In this document: piece after piece, positions 63,750 through 64,000 of the stretch | Numbering within the stretch: position 1 is the stretch's first letter | How the letters are laid out: every line of letters starts with the position of its first letter | Assembly (NCBI GenBank): GCA_977017645.1 | Contig: OZ360233.1 | Location: 18,476,001 to 18,540,000 of the forward strand | DNA length: 64,000 nt | Source of the DNA: Torpedo marmorata | Lineage: Eukaryota | Direction of reading: 5' to 3' | The notes under the pieces: model-generated | Seen by the model: the letters and a program-made list of their open reading frames with translations, nothing else | Told to the model about the DNA's origin: nothing | Database searches by the model: none | Made by a program: the position numbers and the translations under genes

Positions 63750-64000
63750 ATGTGTGTCCCACGTCCCTATATTGGTCGTCTTGTCTGAAACATCACTGCG
63801 ACAATGGCCGGAGTGTGTCTGTAGGGTTATGTGGAAGCCCAGGATGTTCAGAAACTCTGTCCTTCATTGAAGGAACGTGCGGGAGCGATTCAGTGACCCA
63901 GGACCGATGAAGGACGGATCATAATACTGAACCGTAGTTACTCGATAACTGGTGAACATACGTTTGGTACATTCAGCATCGTGGGTGGTGTGGGGGGGGG
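63750..64000 (+). pseudogene. TCR V pseudogene B9 (runs off window end)
   Basis: Degenerate leader, GTCGSDSVTQDR*, start of the G-tract. Confidence 0.88.

Larger units (their letters stand above)
22781..64000 (+). repeat. Tandem segmental array of V(A)-pseudoV(B)-spacer units
   Basis: A-gene ATG spacings 5128, 4902, 4885, 4881, 4876, 3681, 3621, 5266 bp; units near-identical by eye; a more diverged unit occupies 1-3110. Confidence 0.97.

Noticed and set aside
22781-64000. CRISPR-like or prokaryotic RT-linked system (retron/DGR) suggested by repeats plus RT ORFs
   Set aside because: Repeats are kb-scale duplications of intron-containing genes, and all RTs are non-LTR retrotransposon type with TSDs and tails

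Overview
Eukaryotic DNA from a jawed vertebrate, most likely a cartilaginous fish (inferred from V-gene style and repeat content). It is part of the V-segment array of a T-cell receptor alpha/delta locus, with all V genes on the + strand. From about 22.8 kb to the window end there is a recent tandem amplification of a 3.6-5.3 kb unit. Each unit holds one intact TRAV/TRDV-type gene (46-nt leader exon, 85-nt intron, 301-nt V exon, 23-bp-spacer RSS) and one dead paralogous V pseudogene, plus a GA-rich spacer with co-oriented CTCF-like motifs. There are 9 intact V genes, 1 frameshifted copy of that family and 11 pseudogenes or fragments of the second family. Positions 3.1-22.8 kb are a four-level nest of retrotransposons: L1-clade elements (one full-length, one twin-primed), a Rex1/Babar-like LINE, a hAT MITE and hammerhead-like short elements, most with readable target-site duplications. 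No J, C or convincing D segments and no prokaryotic features were seen. Most notable: an extra FR3 cysteine in both V families, strongly non-synonymous and mosaic divergence between V copies, oriented CTCF-like sites, a 103-bp hammerhead-like insertion with a 15-bp TSD, and an in-frame Rex1-L1 chimeric RT ORF. All alignments and counts were done by eye.
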